The translations under genes were made by a program, and so were the position numbers. Shown in pieces: positions 15,583 through 26,424 of a stretch of 64,000 nucleotides of DNA. The notes under the pieces are model-generated. The model did no database searches and was not told where the DNA came from. It saw only the letters and a program-made list of their open reading frames with translations. The first letter of the stretch is position 1, and each line of letters starts with the position of its first letter. Origin of the DNA: an uncultured Gammaproteobacteria bacterium (lineage in GTDB: Bacteria > Pseudomonadota > Gammaproteobacteria > UBA9214); contig CAVYZN010000014.1 in the NCBI GenBank assembly GCA_963773065.1, positions 1-64,000 of the forward strand, in the 5' to 3' direction.

Positions 15583-16137
15583 TCATCGCGGGCTTTCTCC
15601 TGACGGCCGTACGCCCAACAGGCGGAGGCGCTGCACGGGATCCAATGTTGGTAGCTCAATCTCATCGGACGGTGCGGGAGAAGGTTCGGACTCGGGCGTT
15701 GAGGTAACCTCAGTTGCGAGGGGTTTGGCTGATTCTTCCGCAGGTTCGGGCATCTTGATGAAGGACCCTTTATACAAACTGATTATCATCGTCTGGCCCG
15801 GTTCTATGATAATTGCGGTTTCAGACGTCGCAACCCGCAACTGATGGATGCCGGGTTTCACCCCATGAAGTGCTGTCGGCGTTTTTCCAAGACTGACGCC
15901 GTCCAGCGAGGCCAGCAGCGCCGGAGGCTCGCTGAAGACCGCCAGTTTGCCTTCAGATTTACCCGAACCATCCAGGGTTCGGGTAGGTTCAATCAAATCG
16001 GCCGCCAAAACGACGTCACCAGCCGGCAGCAGTGAGGCGGCGGAAACGGCTATAAATAGCATCGCAATGATCTTTATCATCCTAACTCCCGGAGCCAGAT
16101 TACGCGGTCTCTGAATGGTCAAATTAAAAAGATTCAC
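15583..16137 (-). CDS. Secreted PEGA-domain protein
   Basis: Signal peptide; LAVFSEPP...LDGVSLGKTP...VKPGIHQLRV. Confidence 0.7.
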   Translation of the reverse strand: MNLFNLTIQRPRNLAPGVRMIKIIAMLFIAVSAASLLPAGDVVLAADLIEPTRTLDGSGKSEGKLAVFSEPPALLASLDGVSLGKTPTALHGVKPGIHQLRVATSETAIIIEPGQTMIISLYKGSFIKMPEPAEESAKPLATEVTSTPESEPSPAPSDEIELPTLDPVQRLRLLGVRPSGESPR

Positions 16138-16297
16138 TGACTCTGAGGTATCACCCGTCTTGGAAGACCTGGCTCAGAGCATATTTTCAATATAATACCC
16201 AAATGATCTTAACGCCATAAACCATGGTGACCCCGGCCTGTGTGATAATACGCACCCCACTATACTGATCGCGCCTCACTCACCGGCTTCCGATTCC

Positions 16298-19200
16298 ATG
16301 TCCCGCTCGGCACAACAACACGATGAGCCTGCCCCGGCGAGCCTGCTCGATCCGGTGCTGCCCGGTGAGCGGCGGTCGCTCACCTGGACCCGGCTCCGCG
16401 GTGACAGTCTGCCGCTCGCGCTCGCGCGCGCCGCTCCTCGACTGGGCGGGCCACTCGCCGTCATCGCGCCGGACATGCAGACCGCCGAGGTGCTGCATGA
16501 ACAACTGGAGTTTTTCCTCACCGGCGGCGCCATCGGCGTCAACACCTTTCCCGACTGGGAGACCCTGCCCTACGATGCCTTCTCGCCGCACCAGGACATC
16601 ATCTCGGAACGGCTCGCCACGCTAAACCACCTGGCCGAGATGCGCCAGGGCGTGCTGATCATCGCCATCACCACCCTGCTGCAGCGCCTGCCGCCCCGGA
16701 GTTTTCTCTACCAGCACAGCCTCATCCTGCGCCGCGGGCAGCGGCTTGACCTCGAGGCGATGCGCATGAAGCTCGACGGCGCCGGTTACCGCTGCGTCGC
16801 CCAGGTCATGGAGCACGGGGAATTCGCCGTGCGCGGCTCGCTCCTCGATCTCTACCCGATGGGCAGCCCGCTGCCCTTGCGCATCGATCTCTTCGATGCG
16901 GAGATCGAGTCCATCAAGACCTTCGACCCGGAAACCCAACGCTCCCTGGCGGAACAGGAGGCCGTCAACCTGTTGCCGGCCAGGGAATTCCCCCTGGACG
17001 AGGAGGCCATCAGGGGATTCCGCCAGCGCTTTCGCGCGACCTTCGAGGGCAACCCGCAGGACTGCCCCATTTATCGCGATGTCAGCCAGGGCATCACCCC
17101 GGGCGGGATCGAATACTATCTGCCGCTCTTCTTCGAGGAAACCGACACCCTGTTCGACTACCTGCCCGCGGACACCTGTCTTGTCTTCCTGGAGGCCACC
17201 GAAGCGGCCGCCGAGCAATTCCAGGAGCAGCTTGCGGAACGCTACGAATCGCGCCGTCATGACCGGGAGCGGCCGCTACTCTCCCCGGACCGGCTCTATC
17301 TCGGCGCGGCCGAACTGCGGGACCGTCAAGGCCGGCATTCGCTGATCCGGATTGCCGCTGCCGGCGCGGCCGAACTGGCGGGCGAGTGCATCCGTTACGC
17401 CACCCACCCGCTCGGTGACCTGAAAATCCGGCCGCGGCACGAGACGCCCGCCGGCGCGCTGCAGGACTTCGTCGCCGGCTTCCCCGGGCGCATCCTGCTG
17501 ACGGCGGAATCGAGCGGCCGGCGCGAGACCCTGCTCGACCAGTTGCAGGGTTACGCGATCCGGCCGGCCGCGGTCAGGACCTGGGAGGAATTCATGGCCG
17601 CGGGCGATCCCGTGTGCCTGACGGTTGCGCCGCTGGAACAGGGTCTGGTGATGGATGCCCCGGCGATTGCCGTCATCACGGAGACCAGCCTGTACGGCGA
17701 ACGCGCCCGGCAGACGCGCCGGCGCAAGCCGGAGCGCGATCCCGCCGCGATCATCCGGGACCTCACCGACCTCAATCTCGGCGCGCCGGTGGTGCACGAA
17801 AATCACGGCGTCGGGCGCTACCGCGGTCTGGAGACGCTGACCGTCAACGCCATCCCGGCCGAGTATCTGTGTATCGAATACGACGGCGGGGACAAGCTCT
17901 ACGTCCCAGTCGCCTCCCTGCAACTGGTCAACCGCTATACCGGCGCGGCGCCCGAACACGCCCCGCTGCACCGGCTCGGCGGCGACCAGTGGCAGCGCGC
18001 CCGGCAGAAGGCCGCCGGCCGCGTGCATGACGTGGCGGTCGAACTGCTGGATATTTACGCGCGCCGGGCCGCCCACCAGGGTCATGCCTATGCGCCGCCC
18101 CAGGACGAATACGCCGCGTTCGCCGCCGCGTTCCCGTTCGAGGAGACGCCCGACCAGGAACACACCATCGCCAGCGTGCTCGATGACATGCAGTCGCCGC
18201 TGCCGATGGACCGGGTGGTGTGCGGCGATGTCGGCTTCGGCAAGACGGAAGTGGCCATGCGGGCGGCCTTCCTCGCGATTGAGGACGGCAGGCAGGTGGC
18301 CGTCCTGGTCCCGACCACGCTGCTCGCGCAGCAGCACCATCAGAACTTCCGCGACCGGTTCTCGGACTGGCCGGTGCGCATCGAGGTGCTGTCGCGCTTT
18401 CGCACCGGCAGGCAGCAGGAGGCGATCCTGGCCGGTCTCGCGGACGGGTCGGTCGACCTCGTCATCGGCACGCACAAGCTGCTGCAGGCCAGCGTCCGGT
18501 TCAAGCGCCTCGGGCTGCTGATCATCGACGAGGAGCACCGCTTCGGTGTCACCCAGAAGGAACGGCTGAAGAAGCTGCGCGCCGAGATCGACATCCTCAC
18601 GCTGACGGCAACCCCGATACCCCGCACCCTGAACATGTCGCTATCGGGGCTGCGCGACCTCTCCATCATCGGCACTCCGCCCGCGCACCGCCTCGCCATC
18701 AAGACCTTCATCTGCGAATGGAACGACGCTGCCATCCGCGAGGCCTGCCTGCGCGAGATCAAGCGCGGCGGCCAGATCTATTTCCTGCACAACCAGGTGG
18801 AGTCGATCGAACGCATCGCCGCGGAGCTCACGCGCATCGCACCCGAGGCAAGCGTCGGCATCGCCCACGGCCAGATGCGCGAGCGCGAGCTGGAGCGCGT
18901 CATGCTCGACTTCTACCACCGGCGCTTCAACCTGCTGGTGTGCACCACCATCATCGAGAGCGGCATCGACATACCGACTGCCAATACCATCATCATCAAC
19001 CGGGCGGACAAGCTCGGCCTGGCCCAGTTGCATCAGGTGCGCGGGCGCGTCGGGCGCTCGCACCACCGCGCCTACGCCTATCTGCTGACGCCCCCGCGCC
19101 AGGCGATGACGGCCGACGCCGTCAAGCGGCTGGAGGCGATCGCCTCGATGGAAGACCTCGGCGCCGGTTTCACCCTGGCCACCCATGACCTGGAAATCCG

Positions 19201-19816
19201 CGGCGCCGGTGAACTGCTGGGCGATGAGCAGAGCGGCCAGATCCACGAAATCGGCTACACGCTGTACTCCGATCTGCTTGCCCGCGCCGTCAAGGCCTTG
19301 AAGGAAGGCCGCCGGCCGGAGTTGGAAAAGCCCCTGCACCAGGGACCGGAAATCGACCTGCTGCTGCCGGCCCTCATCCCCGATGACTACGTTCCCGACG
19401 TCCACACCCGGCTGGTCATGTACAAGCGCATCGCCGGCGCCGCCTCGGGCGATGAACTGCGCGAGCTGCAGGTCGAGATGATCGACCGCTTCGGACTGTT
19501 GCCGGCGCCGGTCAAAAACCTGTTCCGGGTGACGGGGCTGAAACTGGACGCCGCGCCGCTCGGCGTCGCCAAAATCGAGGTCGGCCGAAAGGATGGCCGC
19601 ATCCTGTTCGGACCGGACGCCGCTATCGATACCCGAAAACTGGTAGAGTTGCTCCAGCGCCAGCCGGGACGCTACCGTTTCGAGGGCGGCAACAAACTGC
19701 GCTTCAGCGGCGACTTCGACCCGGAGGAGGCACGCTTTGCCGTGGTGGTGGAGCTGCTCTCCACGCTGGCCCTACCTGACGAGACCCAGGATGAAAAGAC
19801 GACACGCAATACCTAG
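16298..19816 (+). CDS. mfd: Transcription-repair coupling factor
   Basis: FPDWETLPYD, CGDVGFGKTEVAMRAAF, DEEHRFGV, HDLEIRGAGELLG; 1172 aa. Confidence 0.97.
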   Translation: MSRSAQQHDEPAPASLLDPVLPGERRSLTWTRLRGDSLPLALARAAPRLGGPLAVIAPDMQTAEVLHEQLEFFLTGGAIGVNTFPDWETLPYDAFSPHQDIISERLATLNHLAEMRQGVLIIAITTLLQRLPPRSFLYQHSLILRRGQRLDLEAMRMKLDGAGYRCVAQVMEHGEFAVRGSLLDLYPMGSPLPLRIDLFDAEIESIKTFDPETQRSLAEQEAVNLLPAREFPLDEEAIRGFRQRFRATFEGNPQDCPIYRDVSQGITPGGIEYYLPLFFEETDTLFDYLPADTCLVFLEATEAAAEQFQEQLAERYESRRHDRERPLLSPDRLYLGAAELRDRQGRHSLIRIAAAGAAELAGECIRYATHPLGDLKIRPRHETPAGALQDFVAGFPGRILLTAESSGRRETLLDQLQGYAIRPAAVRTWEEFMAAGDPVCLTVAPLEQGLVMDAPAIAVITETSLYGERARQTRRRKPERDPAAIIRDLTDLNLGAPVVHENHGVGRYRGLETLTVNAIPAEYLCIEYDGGDKLYVPVASLQLVNRYTGAAPEHAPLHRLGGDQWQRARQKAAGRVHDVAVELLDIYARRAAHQGHAYAPPQDEYAAFAAAFPFEETPDQEHTIASVLDDMQSPLPMDRVVCGDVGFGKTEVAMRAAFLAIEDGRQVAVLVPTTLLAQQHHQNFRDRFSDWPVRIEVLSRFRTGRQQEAILAGLADGSVDLVIGTHKLLQASVRFKRLGLLIIDEEHRFGVTQKERLKKLRAEIDILTLTATPIPRTLNMSLSGLRDLSIIGTPPAHRLAIKTFICEWNDAAIREACLREIKRGGQIYFLHNQVESIERIAAELTRIAPEASVGIAHGQMRERELERVMLDFYHRRFNLLVCTTIIESGIDIPTANTIIINRADKLGLAQLHQVRGRVGRSHHRAYAYLLTPPRQAMTADAVKRLEAIASMEDLGAGFTLATHDLEIRGAGELLGDEQSGQIHEIGYTLYSDLLARAVKALKEGRRPELEKPLHQGPEIDLLLPALIPDDYVPDVHTRLVMYKRIAGAASGDELRELQVEMIDRFGLLPAPVKNLFRVTGLKLDAAPLGVAKIEVGRKDGRILFGPDAAIDTRKLVELLQRQPGRYRFEGGNKLRFSGDFDPEEARFAVVVELLSTLALPDETQDEKTTRNT

Positions 19817-20504
19817 GCCCGCCCGCGCGCACGACACCTGCCGGCGCATGGCGTTGACGTGGCTGTTATCCGCCGCTGCCGCTTTCTGCTGCCTCACCAC
19901 GGGCGCCGCGTCGGCCGCCCAGTATGACGTCGAGGTGATCGTGTTCCGCAACCTCGCCGCCCGCGATGACGGCGAGCAGTGGCCGGTCGACGCCGCCGGC
20001 CTCTCCGGCGGATTCGCCAGCATCCCCCTCCACCAGGGACTGGAGGAGCTGCCGGAAAGCCAGTTTGCGCTCAACGGCGTGGCGGGCGCACTGCAACGCT
20101 CCGGCGCCTACCAGGTGCTTGCGCACCGGCTGTGGCGCCAGAGCGCCTACGACGACCGCGGCGCGATCCCCTACAGGCTGCACGCGACGCCGGGCGGGGG
20201 GCGCTACACCCTCGATGGTTCGATCAAACTCGCCCGGGAACACTTCCTGCACCTGGCTGTCGACCTCTCGCTCGCCACTTCCGATACGCTGTACCGGCTG
20301 GAAGAGGCACGCCGCATGCGCAGCGGCGAACTGCATTATTTCGACAACCCCCACTTCGGCGTCATCGCCAGGGTGACGCCCTACGGGACTGACGAAATCC
20401 CGGCGGACGATGGCGGCACCGGCGAACCGAGCACGACACCTGGAGAGGAATCCGGCGCCGCGACGAAACAGCCGGACAATGACGCCCCGGTGACCAAACA
20501 TTAG
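19791..20504 (+). CDS. CsiV-like peptidoglycan-binding protein
   Basis: YDVEVIVF, RRMRSGELHYFDNPHFG; typical position after mfd. Confidence 0.8.
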   Translation: MKRRHAIPRPARAHDTCRRMALTWLLSAAAAFCCLTTGAASAAQYDVEVIVFRNLAARDDGEQWPVDAAGLSGGFASIPLHQGLEELPESQFALNGVAGALQRSGAYQVLAHRLWRQSAYDDRGAIPYRLHATPGGGRYTLDGSIKLAREHFLHLAVDLSLATSDTLYRLEEARRMRSGELHYFDNPHFGVIARVTPYGTDEIPADDGGTGEPSTTPGEESGAATKQPDNDAPVTKH

Positions 20505-20936
20505 TCCGGAGGGAAGCCCGAGGGGTTGCAATCCGGGAAATTTGCCTACGCGCGCCGTCCGTCCCAGATCGGCCATTGTTGCCTTCCCCATGAAGACAAA
20601 GTAACCCGAAGACTGCCCCAGTTCTGACATGTCGTCGTTTCAACCTGTCGCTCATTGGGGACAGACTAAATCTTGCTAATTCAGATTGTTAGCTAATTGA
20701 TGTGTATTAGCGTCGCTATTCAGTGACATGAGCAGCATTTTTACCTGGTTTTTACCTTACCCGGACTGTAACAGATCCATCTATGCATTTGTTTTCTAAC
20801 TGCATGCAATCATTTGGTATGTGAATTGCCTGTGTTTCGACGATTAATAAACCCAATGTATTCGATATCAGTGTGTACCTTATCAAAGGACATTGTTTCC
20901 TCGATTAGAAGAGTGATTTATCACAGAGAAGATTAG

Positions 20937-21236
20937 ATGGATAAGTCAATGCTAAAAGGCATCGTGTTTGGCGTAAATACGCCCACTGCCGGCGGCTCCA
21001 TCGCTGGCTTTAATAGTGGTGTCGCTATGATTGGTCGGGTACTGAAGAATTTCAGTCATCGGGTGATGGATAATCTCATTCAAGAAGTACCCGAAGCACT
21101 TTCGGTCTGTGAATTCGACTGCCCATACAATGAATGTACTGTAAGAAACTGGGTTGAATGTGAACTGCGCCACCAAGCATCGCTGCCGGGAACCGTGGTC
21201 AGCCGCTCACTGACACGTGTTCGAGCAGCGCCCTGA
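20937..21236 (+). CDS. Hypothetical protein with Cys motif (VCEFDCPYNEC...WVEC)
   Basis: AT-rich ORF; true start may be the internal ATG near 21028. Confidence 0.45.
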   Translation: MDKSMLKGIVFGVNTPTAGGSIAGFNSGVAMIGRVLKNFSHRVMDNLIQEVPEALSVCEFDCPYNECTVRNWVECELRHQASLPGTVVSRSLTRVRAAP

Positions 21237-21939
21237 CCTGCCGCATGGCGTGTTCCAGGTTGGCTTCGATCTCGCGCATCTCGATGATGCCCTCGCCGCG
21301 GCCCGCGGCCCAGTTGGCGCAGACCGCGCAGTGCGCATAGCAAAGTTCAAGCTCCCGGGCGAGGGCCGCTTCCGGCATGCCGGTCATGCCCACCATGTCG
21401 CAGCCGTCGCGTTCCATGCGGTCGATCTCCGCGGCCGTTTCCAGGCGCGGTCCCTGGGTCGCCCCGTAGGTGCCGTGCGCGATGACCTCGATGCCGGCCC
21501 TGGCGGCGGAGGCGATCAGGGCGCCGCGCAGCTCTTCGCAATAGGGGCGGGTGAAATCGATGTGGGTGACGTGGCTTAGCCCCGTATCGAAAAAGGTATG
21601 CTCGCGCGACCAGGTATAGTCGATGATCTGGTCGGGTATGGCGAGCGCCCGGGGCGCCATGGCCTGGCTGATGCCGCCCACGGCGCATACGGAAATGATG
21701 CGACTGACACCGGCTTCCTTCAGCGCCCAGAGATTGGCGCGGTAGTTCACCCGGTGCGGCGCGATGGTGTGCGCATCGCCATGGCGGGCGAGGAACACAA
21801 GCTCGGTCCCGCCGAGATTGCCGTAGGTCAGCGCCCCGGAAGGCTCGCCATAGGGCGTGTGCATGGCCTCGCGCCGCACGCTCTCGAGGTTCTCAAGCGC
21901 GGTTAACCCGGTACCGCCGATGATCGCCAGATCGGCCAT
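21199..21939 (-). CDS. S-methyl-5'-thioinosine/thioadenosine phosphorylase
   Basis: LAIIGGTG, TPYGEPS, ARHG, QGPRLETAAE, VGMTGMPEA. Confidence 0.9.
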   Translation of the reverse strand: MADLAIIGGTGLTALENLESVRREAMHTPYGEPSGALTYGNLGGTELVFLARHGDAHTIAPHRVNYRANLWALKEAGVSRIISVCAVGGISQAMAPRALAIPDQIIDYTWSREHTFFDTGLSHVTHIDFTRPYCEELRGALIASAARAGIEVIAHGTYGATQGPRLETAAEIDRMERDGCDMVGMTGMPEAALARELELCYAHCAVCANWAAGRGEGIIEMREIEANLEHAMRQVRALLEHVSVSG

Positions 21940-21943
21940 GTCG

Positions 21944-22522
21944 TTAACCCTGCCCCTCCCGGGCATGTTTCCCGCCGAGCGTGAAGATGCCGTTGAGGTT
22001 GCGCAAATAGCCCTTGTAGTCCATGCCGCAGCCGAACACGTAGCGGTCCTCGACTTCCAGTCCGACGAAGTCCGCCGTCATGCCGGCCACGCGCCGGTCG
22101 TGGCGTTTCTCGACCAGGACGGCGCTGTAGACGCGCGCGGCGCCGGCGCGCCGGCAGTAGTCCATGATGGCTCTCAGGGTATGGCCTTCATCGAGGATGT
22201 CATCGACCAGCAGGACGGTGCGCCCCTGCAGTGAAAGATGCGGTTTGCAGATCCAGGCAATTTCCGCGTCGCCGGTCGTCTTGCCGCGGTAGCGCGTGGC
22301 ATGCAGATAATCGGTCTCCAGCGGGAAGGCCAGGCGGGTCAGCAGGTGGCCGGTCGGAATGATGCCGCCATTCAGGACACACAGCACGATCGGCAGCGTG
22401 CCGTCGAGCGCCGCCGTGATCGCGCCCGCCATGCGGTCGAGGGCCGCCGCGACCGCCTCGGGGCCGTGCAGCATGACCGCCTCGTCCCGGATCTGTCGGA
22501 GCATCGCGTCTGTCAGCGTCAT
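21944..22522 (-). CDS. Hypoxanthine-guanine phosphoribosyltransferase
   Basis: VLLVDDILDEGHTL PRPP motif; YVFGCGMDYKG. Confidence 0.9.
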   Translation of the reverse strand: MTLTDAMLRQIRDEAVMLHGPEAVAAALDRMAGAITAALDGTLPIVLCVLNGGIIPTGHLLTRLAFPLETDYLHATRYRGKTTGDAEIAWICKPHLSLQGRTVLLVDDILDEGHTLRAIMDYCRRAGAARVYSAVLVEKRHDRRVAGMTADFVGLEVEDRYVFGCGMDYKGYLRNLNGIFTLGGKHAREGQG

Positions 22523-22570
22523 CGTCGTTTATCCATCCCTGTCAGCCAGCGTGGTCCGCGTGATACCGCC

Positions 22571-23618
22571 TCAAAGACCCAGGTCCAGTTCCGGTTCCGG
22601 CTCGCAGCCGGTGACCGCGGCCACGGCCTGATGCCAGCGCGGATCGCGCCGCAGTTGCGCGAGGTCCGGCGCATGGCGCCCGTGCAGGCGGGCGATGCGG
22701 GTGTGCGTCACCGGGTTGGTGTAATCGGCGAGCGCCTCGGCGACCCGCCCGGCCTGCTCGCGGGCATTGCAGACCAGCACCATATCACAACCCGCCTCCA
22801 GGGAAATCCTCGCCCGGTCGCCGTAGTCGCCGGCGTAGGCGGCGGCCTGCATGCTGAGATCGTCGCTGAACACCAGCCCCTGGAAGCCGAGCCGTTTGCG
22901 CAGCACCTCCCGGATCCAGAACGGCGAGAAGCCGGCCGGGTTGGCGTCCACGTCCGCGTAAACGACGTGGGCCATCATCACCGCGGCCAGTCCGTAATGG
23001 ATCATGCGCTCGAACGGCACCAGGTCCCATTGCGCCAGGTCGGCATAGGGCCGCGGATCGACGGGCAGTTCCAGGTGCGAATCCGCCACCACGGCGCCAT
23101 GTCCGGGAAAGTGCTTGCCGGTGGCCGCCATGCCCGCCTCGTGCATGCCGCTCTGATAGGCGTGCGCGAGTTCCGCCACGACCTCCGGCCGCCGGTGCAG
23201 GGCGCGGTCGCCGATCACCGTGGAGACGCCATGGTCGAGGTCCAGCACGGGGGCGAAGCTGATGTCCACGCCGACCGCGCGCAGTTCGGCGGCCATCAGC
23301 CAGCCGGTGACCTGGGCGAGATGCCGCGCGCGCGCCTGATCGTCGTCATAGAGCTTGCCCAGGCAGGACGAGCGGCGGCAGGCGGGTTAAGCCGTCGCGG
23401 AAACGCTGCACGCGCCCGCCCTCCTGGTCGACCGCCACCAGCACATGCGGTTCGCGCGCGGCATGGATGGCGGCGATCAGCGCGCTCACCTGTTCGGGCG
23501 AGGCGTAGTTGCGCGCGAACAGGATGACCCCGCCGACGGCGGGATGGGCCAGCAGCTCGCGGTCTTCCGGCGTGAGTTCCAGGCCGGCGACATCCAGCAT
23601 CAGGGGGCCGAGTGTCAT
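22571..23618 (-). CDS. nagZ: Beta-N-acetylhexosaminidase (frameshift near 23370)
   Basis: [26 protein letters not shown]...DSH, FSDDLSM. Confidence 0.92.
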
Positions 23619-24427
23619 GTGTCGTGTTTCGTTGCGGTTATGAGGCGTTTATCGAGCCGGTCGCGCAGGCGATCGCCCAGCAGGTTGACCGACAGCACCA
23701 CGGCGCAGATCGCCCCGCCGGGCGCGAGCACCAGGTGCGGCGCCACCAGCATGTAGCGCGTGCCGTCGCGGATCATGGCGCCCCAGGAGGCGCCCGGCGG
23801 CTGCACGCCCAGCCCCAGAAACGACAGGCCGGCCTCGGCGATGACCACGGCCGCGACGCCGAAGGTGGCCTCGACGATCAGCGGCGCGGCCATCAGCGGC
23901 AGCAGGTGCCGGGTCATGATGCGCAGTTTGCCGCTGCCCAGGGACTCGGCCGCCATGACGTGTTCCCGGTGCTTGAGCGAGAGCACCTGCGCGCGCGACA
24001 GGCGAGCATAACCGACCCAGCCGACGACGGCGAGCGCCATCACGACGTTGTCGATGCCGGGACCGAGCAGGCCGGCGAGCGCGATGGCCAGCAGGATGCC
24101 CGGGAAGGCGAGGAAGATGTCGATGACCTGGACGATCACCTTGTCCCACAGCCCGCCCTGATAGGCGCTGACGGTTCCGATCAGGGTGCCGAGCAGCGCC
24201 GACAGGCTGACCACCCAGGCGGCCACGAGAAACGAGGTGCGCGCGCCCACCAGCAGGCGTTGGCCGATGTCGCGGCCGAGGTCGTCATAGCCGAGCCAGG
24301 CGCCCGGCCCCGGCGGCGCCAGGATGTGCTCCAGGTGGATCAGATTGGGCGTGAGCGGCAGGATCCAGACGCTGACGGCCAGCAGCCCCCAGAGCGCCAG
24401 CACACCCGCCGGCAACCAGACCCGCAT
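23615..24427 (-). CDS. Peptide/nickel ABC transporter permease (DppC/NikC type)
   Basis: [28 protein letters not shown]. Confidence 0.88.
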   Translation of the reverse strand: MRVWLPAGVLALWGLLAVSVWILPLTPNLIHLEHILAPPGPGAWLGYDDLGRDIGQRLLVGARTSFLVAAWVVSLSALLGTLIGTVSAYQGGLWDKVIVQVIDIFLAFPGILLAIALAGLLGPGIDNVVMALAVVGWVGYARLSRAQVLSLKHREHVMAAESLGSGKLRIMTRHLLPLMAAPLIVEATFGVAAVVIAEAGLSFLGLGVQPPGASWGAMIRDGTRYMLVAPHLVLAPGGAICAVVLSVNLLGDRLRDRLDKRLITATKHDT

Positions 24428-25358
24428 CAGATGCCGCCCCCGAGGCGGATGCGCGGATCGACCCAGGCATAGGCGATATCCGTCAGCAGGTTCACCAGCA
24501 CGTAGCCGGCGCTGATCAGCAGCACGCAGGCCTGCACCAGCGGGTAGTCGCGCGACTGGATCGCCTCGATGGTCAAGAGCCCGATGCCCGGCCAGGAGAA
24601 CACGGTCTCCGTGATCACGGCGCCGGCGAGCAGGGCGCCGAGCTGCAGTCCCAGCAGGGTGATGACCGGCAACAGCGCATTGCGCAGGGCGTGATGGAGT
24701 ATCACCCGGTGCGGCGGCAGTCCCTTCGCCCGCGCGGTGCGCAGATAGTCCTCGCCCAGCACCTCCAGCATGCTGCTGCGCACCATGCGCGAGAGCACTG
24801 CCGAAAGCCCGGTGGACAGAGTCAGGGCCGGCAGGACCACCGAGCCGAAACCCTCGCGCCCGCTCACCGGGAACCAGCCCAGCCACAGCGAAAACACCAG
24901 GATGAGCAGCGGCCCCAGCCAGAAATTGGGAATGGAAACGCCCAGCATGGAAAACCCCATGGCGCCGCCGTCCCACAGGCTCCCGCGGCGCACGGCGGCG
25001 AGCACGCCGAGCGGCAGGGCCATGGCCAGCGTGATGGCGAGCGCCACGCCGGCGAGCAGCAGGGTCGATGGCAGGCGCTCCAGCAGGAGGTCGGTGACCG
25101 GGCGGCGCGACTGCAGCGAGGTCCCCAGGTCGAGTTGCAGTCAGGCCGTGGAGGTAATGCGTGAACTGGAGCATGACCGGCTGATCCAGTCCGAGGGCGA
25201 CGCGCAGGGCCTCGCCGGTCCGTCGTGGAGGCGGCTTCGCCCAGCATGATCTCGACCGGGTCGCCCGGAATGAGATGGATCAGCAGGAACACGATGCTGA
25301 TCACCCCGAACATGACCAGTACGGCCCCGGCCAGGCGCTGTGTAAGGTAGGTGAGCAT
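24427..25358 (-). CDS. Peptide/nickel ABC transporter permease (DppB/NikB type; frameshifts)
   Basis: LIHLIPGDPV, EDYLRTARAKGL, ETVFSWPGIG. Confidence 0.88.
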
Positions 25359-25468
25359 GCGTGTCGGTCGGGAAGCGGGCGCGGGTCGGAACGGGTCTGT
25401 TGTATGATGCGGTTATCGGACCGGGCCAACCATAGACAAACATTTCCTTGCAGGCAAGCAAAAACCTG

Positions 25469-26323
25469 GTGATGAACGGCCTCCTGACTCTCGTGTTGCT
25501 GGCGGCTCTCGGCTACGGGGCCTTCGCCGGTTTCATTTACGTCATGCAGCCGCGGCTCATCTACTACCCGGACACGCCGACGCGCGAGTTGACGGCCACC
25601 CCGGCCCAGATCGGCCTCGCGTACGAAACCGTCACGCTGCAAACCGACGACGGCCTGCGCCTCAGCGGCTGGTTCATCCCGCACCCGGCGGCGCGCGCCA
25701 CCCTGCTCTTCCTCCACGGCAATGCCGGCAACATCTCGCACCGGCTCGAATCGATCCGGCTGTTTCACGAACTGCGGCTCGCGGTGTTCATCATCGACTA
25801 TCGCGGCTATGGCCAGAGCGAAGGCAAACCCACGGAAGACGGCACCTACCGCGATGCCGCCGCGGCCTGGCGCTATCTCGTCGGTGAGCGGCACATCGCC
25901 CCGCACGCGATCGTCATCTTCGGCCGCTCGCTCGGCGCCGCCATCGCCGCGGAACTCGCGAGCCACACCCAGCCCGGCGCGCTGATCATCGAATCGGCCT
26001 TCACCTCGGCGCCGAACATTGCGGCGCACCTCTACCCCTGGCTGCCGGTGCGTTGGATGAGCCGCTACCGCTACGACACGCAGCAGTCCCTGCAAGCCAT
26101 CACCTGCCCGCTGCTGGTGATCCACAGCCGCGAGGATGACCTCATCCCCTATGCACAGGGCGAGCAGTTGTTCGCGCACGCGCGCGAACCGAAGCAGTTT
26201 CTGGAACTGCACGGCGGGCACGGCGACGGCTTCCTGGTCAGCCGGGAGATCTATGTGCAGGGGGTTGATGATTTCCTGGAGAGGTATGTCGGGACTGAGG
26301 GATCAAGCGGTCAGAACAATTGA
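25469..26323 (+). CDS. Alpha/beta hydrolase
   Basis: LHGNAGNIS, DYRGYGQSEG, GRSLGAA nucleophile elbow, terminal GGHGD. Confidence 0.9.
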   Translation: MMNGLLTLVLLAALGYGAFAGFIYVMQPRLIYYPDTPTRELTATPAQIGLAYETVTLQTDDGLRLSGWFIPHPAARATLLFLHGNAGNISHRLESIRLFHELRLAVFIIDYRGYGQSEGKPTEDGTYRDAAAAWRYLVGERHIAPHAIVIFGRSLGAAIAAELASHTQPGALIIESAFTSAPNIAAHLYPWLPVRWMSRYRYDTQQSLQAITCPLLVIHSREDDLIPYAQGEQLFAHAREPKQFLELHGGHGDGFLVSREIYVQGVDDFLERYVGTEGSSGQNN

Positions 26324-26388
26324 AAGAGCCTGCTTCAGGCAGGCAATCGCGTCTCATGTATCCTTCAAATGTTCTGACCCCTTGATCC
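26300..26388. repeat. GGGTCAGA-type inverted repeat at the left edge of the accessory region
   Basis: 26300-26327 matches the reverse complement of 26361-26388 at 25 of 28 positions. Confidence 0.7.
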
Positions 26389-26424
26389 TATTAGCTTCCC
26401 TGTCCAGTTATTACTTCCTGTGAC

